From: Actinomycetota bacterium
Lineage (GTDB): Bacteria; Actinomycetota; Acidimicrobiia; Acidimicrobiales; MedAcidi-G1
Assembly: GCA_018673475.1 (NCBI GenBank)
Contig: JABHCN010000010.1
Span: forward strand, 37,138 to 101,137
Reading direction: 5' to 3'
Length of the DNA: 64,000 nt
Numbering within the stretch: position 1 is the first letter of the stretch; every line of letters starts with the position of its first letter. Of this stretch, positions 1 through 10,109 are shown piece after piece. Under the pieces are notes generated by a model. That model was not told the origin of the DNA, ran no database searches, and saw only the letters and a list, made by a program, of their open reading frames with translations. A program made the translations under genes and the position numbers.

Positions 1-879
1 ATGCTCATGTGCGAGCTGAACCGGGTGGCCTCACACCTCTTGTTCCAGGCGACCAACGGCATGGACCTGGGTGCCGTCTCGATGATGATCTATGGCTGGC
101 GCGAACGCGAAGAGGTGCTGCGGTTCTTCGAGAAGGTCACCGGCCTCCGAATGAACCACAACTACATCCGACCCGGCGGCGTGGCGGCCGATCTCCCCGA
201 TGGATGGCAGGACGACGTTCGTCGGCTCCTGGACCTGATTCCGCCGAGGCTCGACGAGTACGACACCCTGCTGACCGGCCAGCCCATCTTCAGGGAGCGC
301 CTCCAGGGAGTCGGTGTCATGACACCCGCCGAGGCCCTGGCTCTCTCAGCCACCGGCCCGATCCTGCGCTCGACCGGATACGCCTGGGACCTGCGACGCG
401 ACGAGCCGTACCTGGCCTACGACCAGGTCGACTTCGACGTCCTCGTGGGCACCTACGGCGACTCCTTCGACCGGTTCGCCATACGCCTGAACGAGACACG
501 TGAATCGCTGCGCATCGTCGAGCAGATCCTCGACCAGATGCCCAGCGGCGACTACCGCACCCAGGACAAGAAGGTCACGCCCCCGCCCAGGGTCCGGATC
601 GACGACTCCATGGAGGCGTTGATCCACCATTTCAAGATCTTTACCGAGGGATTCCACGTGCCCGAGGGCGAGGTCTACGTGGCGGTCGAGTCCCCCCGCG
701 GCGAGCTGGGCTGCTACCTGGTGTCCGATGGTGGGCCGAACCCCTACCGGATGCACATCCGGGGCCCCAGCTTCGTCAACCTCCAGACGCTTCCACACCT
801 CATGGAGGGTGGTCTCATTGCCGACGCCGTAGCCGTGATCTCATCGGTGGACCCGATCATGGGCGAGGTGGACCGCTGA
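1..879 (+). CDS. nuoD: NADH-quinone oxidoreductase subunit D, set 1 (C-terminal part; 5' end outside window)
   Basis: ORF open from window edge. Translation has ...RMNHNYIRPGGVAADLP... and ...HIRGPSFVNLQ..., typical of the 49-kDa subunit. TGATG overlap with the next nuo gene. Confidence 0.9.
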   Translation: MLMCELNRVASHLLFQATNGMDLGAVSMMIYGWREREEVLRFFEKVTGLRMNHNYIRPGGVAADLPDGWQDDVRRLLDLIPPRLDEYDTLLTGQPIFRERLQGVGVMTPAEALALSATGPILRSTGYAWDLRRDEPYLAYDQVDFDVLVGTYGDSFDRFAIRLNETRESLRIVEQILDQMPSGDYRTQDKKVTPPPRVRIDDSMEALIHHFKIFTEGFHVPEGEVYVAVESPRGELGCYLVSDGGPNPYRMHIRGPSFVNLQTLPHLMEGGLIADAVAVISSVDPIMGEVDR

Positions 880-1532
880 TGGGCTACTTCAGTGAGGCCA
901 ACGAGGTTCTGGCCACCGAGATCATCGACAGGTATCCAAGGCCCAAGTCGGCCGTCATCCCCCTGTTGCACCTGGCCCAGGAACAGGAGGGGTGGGTAAC
1001 CCGCGAGGCAATGCTCCAGATTGCGGACCTCACAGGAGTGACCGCCGCAGAGGTTCTCGGAACAGGAAGCTTCTATGAGATGTTCAAGTTCCACCCTGTG
1101 GGGAGGTACATGGTCAACGTCTGCACCAACATCTCCTGCCAGCTCCTGGGTGGCGAGGAACTCCTGAATCACGTCGAGTCCACCCTTGGTGTCAGTGCCG
1201 GCGATACGACCGAGGACGGAATGTTCACCGTCGAGGACGTCGAGTGCGTGGCTGCATGCACCGAGGCCCCGTGCTTCACGGTCAACTACAGGTACTTCCA
1301 CCGGGCCACCCCTGAGGTGTTCGACCAGGTGGTGTCCGACCTTCGTGGCGGCCACAGCCCCGTTGAGCGGGGCAGCGCCGGTGATTCCGGCGACATGCCC
1401 GAACACGGCACCCTTGGGCGGGTGCGCCAGGAGATCCCCGCCGACAAGATGGCCGGCGTGGTCCCACCCGAGAAGGCGGGGGAGCAACCCGTGTGGCTGC
1501 CCGGCAACGGGGAGGTCGACGCCGATGGCTGA
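879..1532 (+). CDS. nuoE: NADH-quinone oxidoreductase subunit E, set 1
   Basis: 2Fe-2S cysteine motifs VCTNISCQLLGG and VECVAACTEAP. Sits between nuoD and nuoF. Has a C-terminal acidic/Gly extension. Confidence 0.9.
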   Translation: MGYFSEANEVLATEIIDRYPRPKSAVIPLLHLAQEQEGWVTREAMLQIADLTGVTAAEVLGTGSFYEMFKFHPVGRYMVNVCTNISCQLLGGEELLNHVESTLGVSAGDTTEDGMFTVEDVECVAACTEAPCFTVNYRYFHRATPEVFDQVVSDLRGGHSPVERGSAGDSGDMPEHGTLGRVRQEIPADKMAGVVPPEKAGEQPVWLPGNGEVDADG

Positions 1533-2943
1533 CGCCAACCAGATGGCTGACGGCTACGTGCCACACGCCCCCGGCTACGTGGTCAACGGTGGCCCGACCC
1601 TGTTGACCAGCAGGTTCCTGTTCGAGGACTCCCACACCCTGGAGCGTTCCATGCAGACCGGCGGCTACGCGGGCCTGCGCACAGCGCTCTCGCGAGCCCC
1701 GGCCGAGGTACACGACGAGGTGAGGCAGGCAACCCTCCTCGGGCGTGGAGGCGCCGGCTTCCCGGCGGGTGTCAAGTGGGGGTTCTGCCCCGAGGGGGTC
1801 TGGCCCCGCTACCTCGTCGTCAACGGCGACGAGAGTGAACCCGGTACCTACAAGGACCGCCTCCTGATGGAGCGGGACCCGCACCAGCTGATAGAGGGCT
1901 GCCTCATAGCCTGCTACGCCCTCGGGTTGTCGCAGTGCTTCCTGTACGTACGTGGCGAGATGGCCCTCGCCCAGGAACGGATCGCCATCGCACTCAACGA
2001 GGCCTACGAGGCAGGCCTGGTCGGAGCGAACGTGCTCGGATCGGACTTCTCGGTCGACATCATCCTGCACTGGGGTGCCGGCGCCTACATAGTCGGAGAG
2101 GAGACAGCGCTCATAGAGAGCCTTGAGGGCAACCGCGGCATGCCGAGGCTGAAGCCCCCGTATTTCCCGGCGGCCATCGGCCTCTACGGGCAGCCCACGA
2201 TCGTCAACAACGTCGAGACCCTCTCCAACCTGGCCTGGATAATGGAAAACGGTGCCGATGCCTACAAGGGGTATGGCTCCGAGGCATCTCCCGGAACCCG
2301 GCTGTTCGCGGTGTCTGGCCACGTCGTCAGGCCAGGTGTGTACGAGGTGGAACAGGGTGTCACCACGTTCCGCGACCTCTTCTACGGAGATGACTACTGC
2401 CGCGGAATCAGCGGTGGTCACGAACTGAAGGCGTTCATCCCGGGAGGTGGCTCGGCACCGTGGTTCTTCGGAGAGCACCTGGACCTGCCGCTCGAAGCCC
2501 GCGCCGTGTCCGAGGCGGGTTCAATGCTCGGCTCCGGCGCCATCGTGGTTATGGACGAAACGACCGACGCCGTGAAGGCATGCCTGCGGCTGGTCCGCTT
2601 CTACGCAAACGAGTCCTGTGGCAAGTGCGCACCATGTCGCGAGGGAACGAGCTGGGAACAGAAGATCCTCCAGCGCATCCACGACGGCGAGGGGCGGCCA
2701 TCCGACATTGACCTGTTGCTGAGTGTCGGCAACCACATAAGCCCCGGCCCCTATCCCGTGGCGTCCTTTGACACCGAGGGTCTCGAGGCGGTGCCGTTTC
2801 CTCCGAGCCAGACAACTATCTGCCCGCTCGGGCCGTCGTCGGTGGCGCCGATCACATCCGCGATTCGTCGGTTCCGCCACGAGTTCGAGGCCCTGATCAC
2901 CCGCAGCGACTCAATCCCCGTCGCGTCCGAGGCTGGCGCATGA
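1525..2943 (+). CDS. nuoF: NADH-quinone oxidoreductase subunit F, set 1
   Basis: Start taken at ATG 1525 (MADANQ..., ATGGCTGA overlap with nuoE), not at the longer ORF-track start 1186. Motifs LLGRGGAGFPAGVKWGF (FMN/NADH site) and ESCGKCAPCREG (4Fe-4S). Confidence 0.92.
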   Translation: MADANQMADGYVPHAPGYVVNGGPTLLTSRFLFEDSHTLERSMQTGGYAGLRTALSRAPAEVHDEVRQATLLGRGGAGFPAGVKWGFCPEGVWPRYLVVNGDESEPGTYKDRLLMERDPHQLIEGCLIACYALGLSQCFLYVRGEMALAQERIAIALNEAYEAGLVGANVLGSDFSVDIILHWGAGAYIVGEETALIESLEGNRGMPRLKPPYFPAAIGLYGQPTIVNNVETLSNLAWIMENGADAYKGYGSEASPGTRLFAVSGHVVRPGVYEVEQGVTTFRDLFYGDDYCRGISGGHELKAFIPGGGSAPWFFGEHLDLPLEARAVSEAGSMLGSGAIVVMDETTDAVKACLRLVRFYANESCGKCAPCREGTSWEQKILQRIHDGEGRPSDIDLLLSVGNHISPGPYPVASFDTEGLEAVPFPPSQTTICPLGPSSVAPITSAIRRFRHEFEALITRSDSIPVASEAGA

Positions 2944-5411
2944 GCGACGAGACAGTGGACGACACGGTGGAGATCAGCGTCAACGGCACGGAGGTGACCG
3001 CCCAGCCCGGTGAGTTGCTGATCGACGCATGCGAACGGACAGGCACCTACATCCCACGGTTCTGCCACCACTCCAGGCTTGATCCGGTCGGAATGTGCCG
3101 CATGTGCCTCGTCGAGGTTGACACCGGCCGGGGACCCGCACTGCAGCCCTCCTGCATGATCAAGTGCACACCGGGCATGCAGGTCGACACCGAGTCCGAA
3201 CGTACCCGTAGTGCCCAGAACGGGGTCCTCGAACTCCTGCTCGTCAACCACCCACTGGACTGTCCCGTGTGTGACAAGGGCGGCGAGTGTCCTCTTCAGG
3301 ACCAGACCATGACGTACGGTCCCGGTGAGAGCAGGTACGTCGAGGAAAAGCGCCACTTCGTGAAGCCGATCCCCGTCAACACCAATGTGCTGCTCGACAG
3401 GGAGCGGTGCGTGTTGTGCGATCGCTGCACCCGCTTTGCCGACCAGGTGGCGGGCGATCGCCTCATCCACTTCCTGGATCGTGGCTCCCGGACCCAGGTG
3501 AACACCTTCCCCGGCGAGCCGTTCAGCTCCTACTTCAGCGGCAACACCGTCCAGATCTGCCCCGTCGGAGCGCTGACTGCTGCCCCATACCGGTTCAGGG
3601 CCCGACCCTGGGACCTCGAAGAGGTCGGGTCAACCAGCGTGCTCGACAGCGTCGGCAGCCGAATCTCTGTGCACTCGTCACGCGGTCGTGTGCTGCGCTT
3701 CATGGGCGTTGACTCGGATGCGGTCAACTGGGGTTGGCTGTCTGACAGGGAACGGTTCGTGTTCGAGGCCTACGACAGCTCGGACCGCCTCGACGGGCCC
3801 CTGCTCCGTGGCGATGATCAGGGCAGCCGGGAACCCGGAGGACCAGAGCTGGTGCCGGCCAGCTGGTCCGATGCCCTCGAAGCAGCGGCCGAGGCACTTA
3901 CCGGTACCGATCCTGACCGGATAGCCGTGATCGGAGGCGCCCGCCTCACCAACGAATCCCAGTACGCCTGGACCAAGTTGGCCAAGGGCGTGCTCGGCAC
4001 CGACAACGTCGACGCCCAGTTGGGCGACGGGCTTCCAGCCGACGTCCTACTGGGCCTCCCACGGGCCACCATCAACCGGGCATGTACACCCGGCGGCACC
4101 ATTGTGCTGCTGGGTCCCGACCCGAAAGAGGAGTTGGGCAGCCTCTACCTGCGTATACGTCATGCCGTTGTCCACGACGGGGCAACCCTCGTCGAGTTGA
4201 CCCCCCAGCCGACCGGTCTCACCGACATCGCCACGCACTCCATCCGGGTTCGCCCCGGCGAGGCCGCAGATGTCGTGCGGGCCATGTTCGAGGGCGGGTC
4301 AGGCGACCTGGGTTCGGCCGGAGACGCAATCTCTGCGGCCGGGCCGGTGACGGTGCTGCTGGGCCGGACCTCCCTTGCCGAGGATGCCGGCCTTGTCGCC
4401 GCAGCCGCCGTGGTCATCCTCGACCACATCGACGACGTCAGGTTCCTGTCGCTGCTACGTCGCGGAAACGTGCACGGAGCACTCGACATGGGTATGTCGC
4501 CGGGCCTGCTTCCGGGCCGCACGACCCTGGAGACCGGAGTCGACAGGTTTGAGGACTGCTGGACCGTTACCCCCACCTCGACGGGACTTGGCTGTGTGGC
4601 CGCCCTCGAGGCCGCAGCAGCCGGTGACATGGACGTGCTGGTGCTGCTCGGGGCCGATGTCCTCGCAGACCTTCCCGACCACGACCTTGCGCGCCGGGCG
4701 CTCGACGCTGTTGGAACTGTGGTCGCCGTCGACCTCTTCATCACACCGACGGTGGAGCGCGCCGACATCGTGTTACCTGCTGCTGCACCTACCGAGGTAG
4801 ATGGATCCTTCACGAACCTCGAGGGCCGGATAAGCGCTGTGGCGCGTGGAGCCTCCGCGCCTGGCACCTCCCGACCCGACTGGATGATCGCCGCCGAGTT
4901 GGCCGAGCGGCTCGGAACCAGCCTTGGCCTTACGTCCCTCGAAGGGGTCTGGACCGAGATTGCGTCCGTTTCCCCGGTTCACGCCGACGTCAACCCCGAG
5001 GCAATCCTGTCCTCGGGCACCGAGGGCATTCTGGTGGCCGGAGAGTTGCCCCTCGTGAGGCCCGAGGAGACCACCGTGCCGGCACCCGGCCGGTCCACCT
5101 TGCGTCTCGTCGTCACCCGTTCGATGTTCGACAACGGCGTCCTGAACGGACACAGCAGCTCTCTCGCCGGCCTCGCACCCGGTACCCACATCGGCGTTGA
5201 GCCATCTGACCTGAAGAGCCTGGGGCTCGCCGACGGATCAACAGTAGAGATCTCCGGGCCCCGGGGGACGGTCACAGCCGAGGTGGTCTCCTCTCCCCGG
5301 GTCACCCCCGGCACGGCACATGTCCTGTTCAACCAGGACGGGCTGGACGCCGGAGAGCTCGTCGATGCCTCGATGGCGGTCATCGACGTGAGGCTGGTGA
5401 GGTCCCGATGA
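2940..5411 (+). CDS. nuoG: NADH-quinone oxidoreductase subunit G, set 1
   Basis: N-terminal Fe-S motifs CHHSRLDPVGMCRMC, HPLDCPVCDKGGEC and CVLCDRCTRF, followed by a long molybdopterin-oxidoreductase-like domain. ATGA overlap with nuoF. Confidence 0.9.
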   Translation: MSDETVDDTVEISVNGTEVTAQPGELLIDACERTGTYIPRFCHHSRLDPVGMCRMCLVEVDTGRGPALQPSCMIKCTPGMQVDTESERTRSAQNGVLELLLVNHPLDCPVCDKGGECPLQDQTMTYGPGESRYVEEKRHFVKPIPVNTNVLLDRERCVLCDRCTRFADQVAGDRLIHFLDRGSRTQVNTFPGEPFSSYFSGNTVQICPVGALTAAPYRFRARPWDLEEVGSTSVLDSVGSRISVHSSRGRVLRFMGVDSDAVNWGWLSDRERFVFEAYDSSDRLDGPLLRGDDQGSREPGGPELVPASWSDALEAAAEALTGTDPDRIAVIGGARLTNESQYAWTKLAKGVLGTDNVDAQLGDGLPADVLLGLPRATINRACTPGGTIVLLGPDPKEELGSLYLRIRHAVVHDGATLVELTPQPTGLTDIATHSIRVRPGEAADVVRAMFEGGSGDLGSAGDAISAAGPVTVLLGRTSLAEDAGLVAAAAVVILDHIDDVRFLSLLRRGNVHGALDMGMSPGLLPGRTTLETGVDRFEDCWTVTPTSTGLGCVAALEAAAAGDMDVLVLLGADVLADLPDHDLARRALDAVGTVVAVDLFITPTVERADIVLPAAAPTEVDGSFTNLEGRISAVARGASAPGTSRPDWMIAAELAERLGTSLGLTSLEGVWTEIASVSPVHADVNPEAILSSGTEGILVAGELPLVRPEETTVPAPGRSTLRLVVTRSMFDNGVLNGHSSSLAGLAPGTHIGVEPSDLKSLGLADGSTVEISGPRGTVTAEVVSSPRVTPGTAHVLFNQDGLDAGELVDASMAVIDVRLVRSR

Positions 5412-6646
5412 TCCTGGCCGCCGACCCGCTCCTCGTAGACGGCATCGATCTGACCGTGGCACTGATCGTGTTGTTGAAGGCCGGTGTGGCCTTCGCGATG
5501 CTGCTGGTTTCGGTGATGCTCGTCATCTGGTTCGAGCGAAAGCTCATCAGCGACATGCAGAACCGGATCGGTCCGGCAATGGCGGGTCCATGGGGGATCC
5601 TCCAGACCCTTGCCGACGGGATCAAGCTGTTCTTCAAAGAGGACCTCCTGCCAACGAGGGCTGACCGTGTCGTGTTCAGGCTGGCCCCGTACCTCTCGAT
5701 CATCCCCGCCTTCGTGGCGTTCGCAATCATTCCGGTCGGAGGTGACTTCACCAACGGAGGCGATGGCACGGTGTCGATGTTTGGCCGATCCACGCTCCTC
5801 CAGGTGGCCGATCCGCCAGTCGGCGTCCTCTTCTTCCTGGCCCTGTCGTCGATAGCGGTCTACGGGGTGATGCTGGCCGGCTGGTCGTCAGGTTCCAAGT
5901 ACCCGCTTCTGGGCTCTGTAAGGGCATCAGCCCAGATGATCAGCTACGAGGCGGCGCTGGGCCTCGCCATAGCCACGGTGTTCCTGACCTCCGGCTCCCT
6001 CTCAACCCACGAGATCGTGGTCGGCCAGTCAGCCACGACCTGGAACGTGCTCGCCACAGGGATAGTCCCGTTCGGGATCTTCCTGATCGCAGGCACCGCC
6101 GAGCTGAACCGTCCACCGTTTGACCTGGTCGAGGCGGAACAGGAACTGGTCGGTGGATTCCACACCGAGTACAGCTCAATCCGCTTCGCCCTGTTCTTCC
6201 TGTCCGAGTTCATGAACATGATCACCATGTCGGCAATCGCCGTGACCCTCTTCCTTGGCGGCCCCGCAGGACCGATCGTGACCCAGCGGCTGGCCTGGGT
6301 GTGGCCGCTGTTCTGGTTCTTCCTGAAGGTGATGGCGTTCCTGTTCACCTTTGTGTGGCTACGGGCGACCCTTCCCCGCTTCAGGTACGACCAGCTCATG
6401 GACCTGGGCTGGAAGGTTTTGATCCCGGCGGCTCTGGGGTGGTTCCTCCTGATCGCCACCCTCGACACAGCGAGGGATCTCGGCTGGCCCACACTGCCGG
6501 TCGTCGTGGTCGGTGTCCTGGCCCTGTGGGGCGGGGCTGCCCTTCTCTCGGGTGCCGTACGTAAGGCCCGTGCCGAGAGGCTCGAAGAGGCCGAGGCCCA
6601 CCGGGACGAGCGTGCCGACAGCACGGTCGGACACGGGGAGGCCTGA
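5408..6646 (+). CDS. nuoH: NADH-quinone oxidoreductase subunit H, set 1
   Basis: Polytopic membrane protein with LADGIKLFFKEDLLP and EYSSIRFALFFLSEF motifs. ATGA overlap with nuoG. Confidence 0.9.
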   Translation: MILAADPLLVDGIDLTVALIVLLKAGVAFAMLLVSVMLVIWFERKLISDMQNRIGPAMAGPWGILQTLADGIKLFFKEDLLPTRADRVVFRLAPYLSIIPAFVAFAIIPVGGDFTNGGDGTVSMFGRSTLLQVADPPVGVLFFLALSSIAVYGVMLAGWSSGSKYPLLGSVRASAQMISYEAALGLAIATVFLTSGSLSTHEIVVGQSATTWNVLATGIVPFGIFLIAGTAELNRPPFDLVEAEQELVGGFHTEYSSIRFALFFLSEFMNMITMSAIAVTLFLGGPAGPIVTQRLAWVWPLFWFFLKVMAFLFTFVWLRATLPRFRYDQLMDLGWKVLIPAALGWFLLIATLDTARDLGWPTLPVVVVGVLALWGGAALLSGAVRKARAERLEEAEAHRDERADSTVGHGEA

Positions 6647-7260
6647 TGGGATACCTGAGAGGCTTCGCTGTCACGTTCGCCAAGATGTTCGAGAAGCGCG
6701 TCACCGTGCCCTACCCGGACGCCAAGCGCGCCAAGCCGGAACGCCTCCACGGTCGACACGTCCTGAACCGGTACGAGGACGGCATGGAGAAGTGCATCGG
6801 CTGCGAGCTTTGTGCCGGCGTATGCCCTGCCAACTGCATCTACGTGAGGGGTGCGGACAATCCAGTGGACGATCCGGTCTCACCGGGCGAGCGCTACGGA
6901 TACGTCTACGAGATCAACTACCTGCGGTGTATCCACTGTGACCTGTGCGTGGAGGCCTGTCCGACACAGGCGATCACCGAAACCAAATTGTTCGAGTTCT
7001 CGTTTACAAACCGTGCCGACGCCATCTACACCAAGGACGAACTGGTCGTCGATGCTGAAACCGGCAGGCCCCAGCATCTTCCGTGGGAGGACTGGCGCGA
7101 GGGTGAGGACCTGGCAACCTCGGGATGGATGCGGGCGACCTCACCCAGCGGCGATGCCACGCAGGTGGGGCGGGTGGCATGGTCCGGCGAACTCGGATAC
7201 GGCGTTCGCAGCCCCGAGGTGGGCCAGTCGGCCGACCGTGAACCGGGGGAGGGCACCTGA
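6646..7260 (+). CDS. nuoI: NADH-quinone oxidoreductase subunit I, set 1
   Basis: Two 4Fe-4S ferredoxin motifs, CIGCELCAGVCP and CIHCDLCVEACP. Confidence 0.9.
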   Translation: MGYLRGFAVTFAKMFEKRVTVPYPDAKRAKPERLHGRHVLNRYEDGMEKCIGCELCAGVCPANCIYVRGADNPVDDPVSPGERYGYVYEINYLRCIHCDLCVEACPTQAITETKLFEFSFTNRADAIYTKDELVVDAETGRPQHLPWEDWREGEDLATSGWMRATSPSGDATQVGRVAWSGELGYGVRSPEVGQSADREPGEGT

Positions 7261-7871
7261 TGGAGGTAGCCGTCTTCACCCTCGGAGCGGTGATCGTGTT
7301 GTCGGGAGGTCTTGGCGTGCTGCTGGCCCGAAACCCTGTTCACGCGGCGTTGTTCCTCGTGCAGACCCTGTTCGGCGTGGCCGTGCTGTTCGTGCTCCTG
7401 GAAGCCACCTTCCTGGCAGCCGTCCAGGTGATGGTCTACGCGGGTGCGATCGTGATCCTGTTCCTGTTCGTAATCATGCTCCTGGGCGTCGACCGTGCCG
7501 ACGACCTCGGCATCGAGCCGATCGCAGGCCAGAGGCCGATGGCGGCAGTGGTCGGCGTATCTCTCGCCGGGCTCCTGGCGACGGTGCTTCTCGTGGCCGT
7601 CGATGGTCTCACCGGTGCCCGTGGAGGAACCCCGCTCGGTGATGCCGGCGACAACACGCGCCGTCTCGGAGAGGCCCTGTTCACCGACATGGTCTTCGCT
7701 GTGGAGCTGACGGCGATACTGCTCACCGTCGCCGTGGTCGGAGCCGTGGCACTGGCCCGACGCCTCAGTGGCCCGATGCAGCCGTTGCCGGTGGTGGCGA
7801 TTGCGGAGTCCGATGACCAGCCGACCGAGGCTGACGATGAGCCGGCCGGGGCGACAGGGGAAGATTCCTGA
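7260..7871 (+). CDS. nuoJ: NADH-quinone oxidoreductase subunit J, set 1
   Basis: Hydrophobic protein with [19 protein letters not shown]. Position between nuoI and nuoK. Confidence 0.85.
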   Translation: MEVAVFTLGAVIVLSGGLGVLLARNPVHAALFLVQTLFGVAVLFVLLEATFLAAVQVMVYAGAIVILFLFVIMLLGVDRADDLGIEPIAGQRPMAAVVGVSLAGLLATVLLVAVDGLTGARGGTPLGDAGDNTRRLGEALFTDMVFAVELTAILLTVAVVGAVALARRLSGPMQPLPVVAIAESDDQPTEADDEPAGATGEDS

Positions 7872-8176
7872 TGGTCGTAACCACGGGGTGGTACCTGGCG
7901 CTCGGAGCGGCACTGTTCTCGATGGGAGCGGTTGGCCTTCTCGTCAGGCGCAACCCACTCGTCATGTTCATGTGCGTCGAGTTGATGCTCAACGCGGTGA
8001 ACCTCACGTTCGTGAGCCTGGGCGCCGAACTGGGTGACCTGGGCGGCCAACTCTCAGTGTTCTTCGTTCTCGTGGTTGCGGCCGCCGAGGTAGTTGTGGG
8101 CCTGGCCGTGATCGTTGCAATCATGCGGCGTCGCTCAGGTGCAACCGTCGACGACCTCTCGGTGCTGGGGGGTTAG
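7871..8176 (+). CDS. nuoK: NADH-quinone oxidoreductase subunit K, set 1
   Basis: 101-aa three-helix protein with [24 protein letters not shown]. Confidence 0.88.
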   Translation: MVVTTGWYLALGAALFSMGAVGLLVRRNPLVMFMCVELMLNAVNLTFVSLGAELGDLGGQLSVFFVLVVAAAEVVVGLAVIVAIMRRRSGATVDDLSVLGG

Positions 8177-8180
8177 GGCC

Positions 8181-10109
8181 ATGGTTGACCTGATCTGGCT
8201 CGTGCCCGCCCTTCCGTTGGCCGGGTTCATCGTGCTCATCTTCGCCGGTCGCCGTATCGGCGAGCCCGGTGCCGGCTGGCTGGCTACGGGTGTGATGGGT
8301 GGCTCATTCCTGGCCACCCTCGGCGTGTTCATCGACATGGCCGGTCGGTCAACCCACGACCGACGGGCAGTGGTAACCCTCTTCGAGTGGATACCGGCGG
8401 GGGACCTCTCGGTCGACATCGGCTTCCTCGTCGATCCACTCTCAATCACGATGTGCCTGTTCATCACGGGCGTGGGTGCCCTCATCCACCTCTACTCGGT
8501 CGGCTACATGCACGGAGACGACGGCTTCGCCAGGTTCTTCGCCTACCTGAACCTGTTCATGTTCGCCATGTTGATGCTGGTCCTGGGCGACAGCCTCCTG
8601 TTGACCTTCCTCGGGTGGGAGGGGGTCGGTGCCTGTTCCTATCTGCTGATCTCGTTCTGGTTCACCGAACCCGCAAATGCAACAGCCGGCAAGAAGGCGT
8701 TCGTCACCAACCGCATCGGTGACTGGGGCTTCATGGTCGCCATGTTCGCCACCTTCTTCACGTTCGGGTCGCTCAACTACGTGGACGTGCTGGATGCCAG
8801 CACCGCTGGAACGGTCGCTCAGGGCACCGCAACCCTCATTGCCGTGATGCTCCTCGTGGGGGCTGTCGGCAAGTCGGCCCAGTTCCCCCTCTACCTCTGG
8901 CTGCCCGACGCAATGGCGGGCCCCACACCGGTCTCGGCCCTGATCCACGCTGCGACGATGGTGACATCGGGCGTCTACCTGTTGACCAGGATGAACCCGC
9001 TCATTGCCGACTCGGCCGGATGGGTGCCCGACATGGTTGCGTGGTTGGGCGTGGGAACCGCCCTGTTCGCCGCCACCATCGCAATGGCCCAGACCGACAT
9101 CAAGAAGGTTCTGGCCTACTCCACGGTCAGCCAGCTGGGCTACATGTTCCTGGCCGTCGGCAGCGGCGCCTATGTGGCGGCCGTGTTCCACATGGTCACC
9201 CACGCCTTCTTCAAGGCCCTCCTGTTCCTCGGATCCGGCTCGGTGATCCACGGAATGGACGGCGACCAGGACATGCGCCACTACGGCGGCCTGCGTCGGT
9301 TCATGCCGGTCACCACCGGGACCTTCGTCGTCGGATGGCTGGCAATCGCCGGTGTGCCACCTTTCTCGGGATTCTGGTCAAAGGACGAGATCCTGACCTT
9401 CGCATGGAACAAGAGTCCCGTCCTGTGGGCCCTGGGTCTCCTGACAGCGGTGCTCACGGCCTTCTACATGACCCGACTGATCGCCCTCACCTTCGCCGGG
9501 GAGAGTCGCTACGCCGAGCAGCGAACCGGTGAGGAGGATGCCGAGGCGGCGACCCGGCGGGCCGACCACACCCCCCATGAGTCTCCCCGCACGATGACCG
9601 CACCGCTCGTGGTGCTGGCGGTCCTCGCCGTGGTCGCCGGTTTCGTGCAACTGCCGTTCTCCTCGTCAACCAGGTGGCTGGAGCACTGGCTTGAGCCGTC
9701 CCTCTACGCCAACGAGGTGCACCTCGGAACCGGTGGTGCCACACAGGTCCTCCTGGCTGCCATCGCCGTGGTCGGTGGGCTGGTGGGCATTGGTGTGGCC
9801 GTGGCGGTGTACGTGAAGGGCCGGATCGCCCGAGAGCCGTTCGAACAGCCCATCTTCGCCGACGCCTGGCGGATAGATCGGTCGGTAGCCGCGTTCATGG
9901 GCGGACCCGGCCGTCGAGGGTTCGAGGCGACCAACAGGTTCGATGGACAGGTGGTGGACGGAGCCGTCTACGGCGTTGCAGGGCTGGTTCGCAGGCTGGC
10001 TGGTGTCCTACGCATGTTCCACAACGGCATGGTCCGCACCTATGCGACAGGTATCGGTCTGGGTGCAGTGGCCCTGCTCGCCTGGTTCCTGACGAGGTCG
10101 ACACTGTGA
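8181..10109 (+). CDS. nuoL: NADH-quinone oxidoreductase subunit L, set 1
   Basis: Start taken at ATG 8181 (MVDLIWLVPALPL...), downstream of the nuoK stop. Antiporter-like subunit with WEGVGACSYLLISFW and QFPLYLWLPDAMAGPTPVSALIHAATMV. Confidence 0.9.
   Translation: MVDLIWLVPALPLAGFIVLIFAGRRIGEPGAGWLATGVMGGSFLATLGVFIDMAGRSTHDRRAVVTLFEWIPAGDLSVDIGFLVDPLSITMCLFITGVGALIHLYSVGYMHGDDGFARFFAYLNLFMFAMLMLVLGDSLLLTFLGWEGVGACSYLLISFWFTEPANATAGKKAFVTNRIGDWGFMVAMFATFFTFGSLNYVDVLDASTAGTVAQGTATLIAVMLLVGAVGKSAQFPLYLWLPDAMAGPTPVSALIHAATMVTSGVYLLTRMNPLIADSAGWVPDMVAWLGVGTALFAATIAMAQTDIKKVLAYSTVSQLGYMFLAVGSGAYVAAVFHMVTHAFFKALLFLGSGSVIHGMDGDQDMRHYGGLRRFMPVTTGTFVVGWLAIAGVPPFSGFWSKDEILTFAWNKSPVLWALGLLTAVLTAFYMTRLIALTFAGESRYAEQRTGEEDAEAATRRADHTPHESPRTMTAPLVVLAVLAVVAGFVQLPFSSSTRWLEHWLEPSLYANEVHLGTGGATQVLLAAIAVVGGLVGIGVAVAVYVKGRIAREPFEQPIFADAWRIDRSVAAFMGGPGRRGFEATNRFDGQVVDGAVYGVAGLVRRLAGVLRMFHNGMVRTYATGIGLGAVALLAWFLTRSTL

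Noticed and set aside
1282-2478. 398-aa minus-strand ORF inside nuoF. The same applies to 744-1538, 14749-15744, 17808-18671 and the alternative-frame ORFs 10366-11682, 18798-19832 and 20915-21967.
   Set aside because: All lie within nuo genes that show strong conserved motifs in another frame or strand. Their translations are Arg/Pro/Gly-rich.
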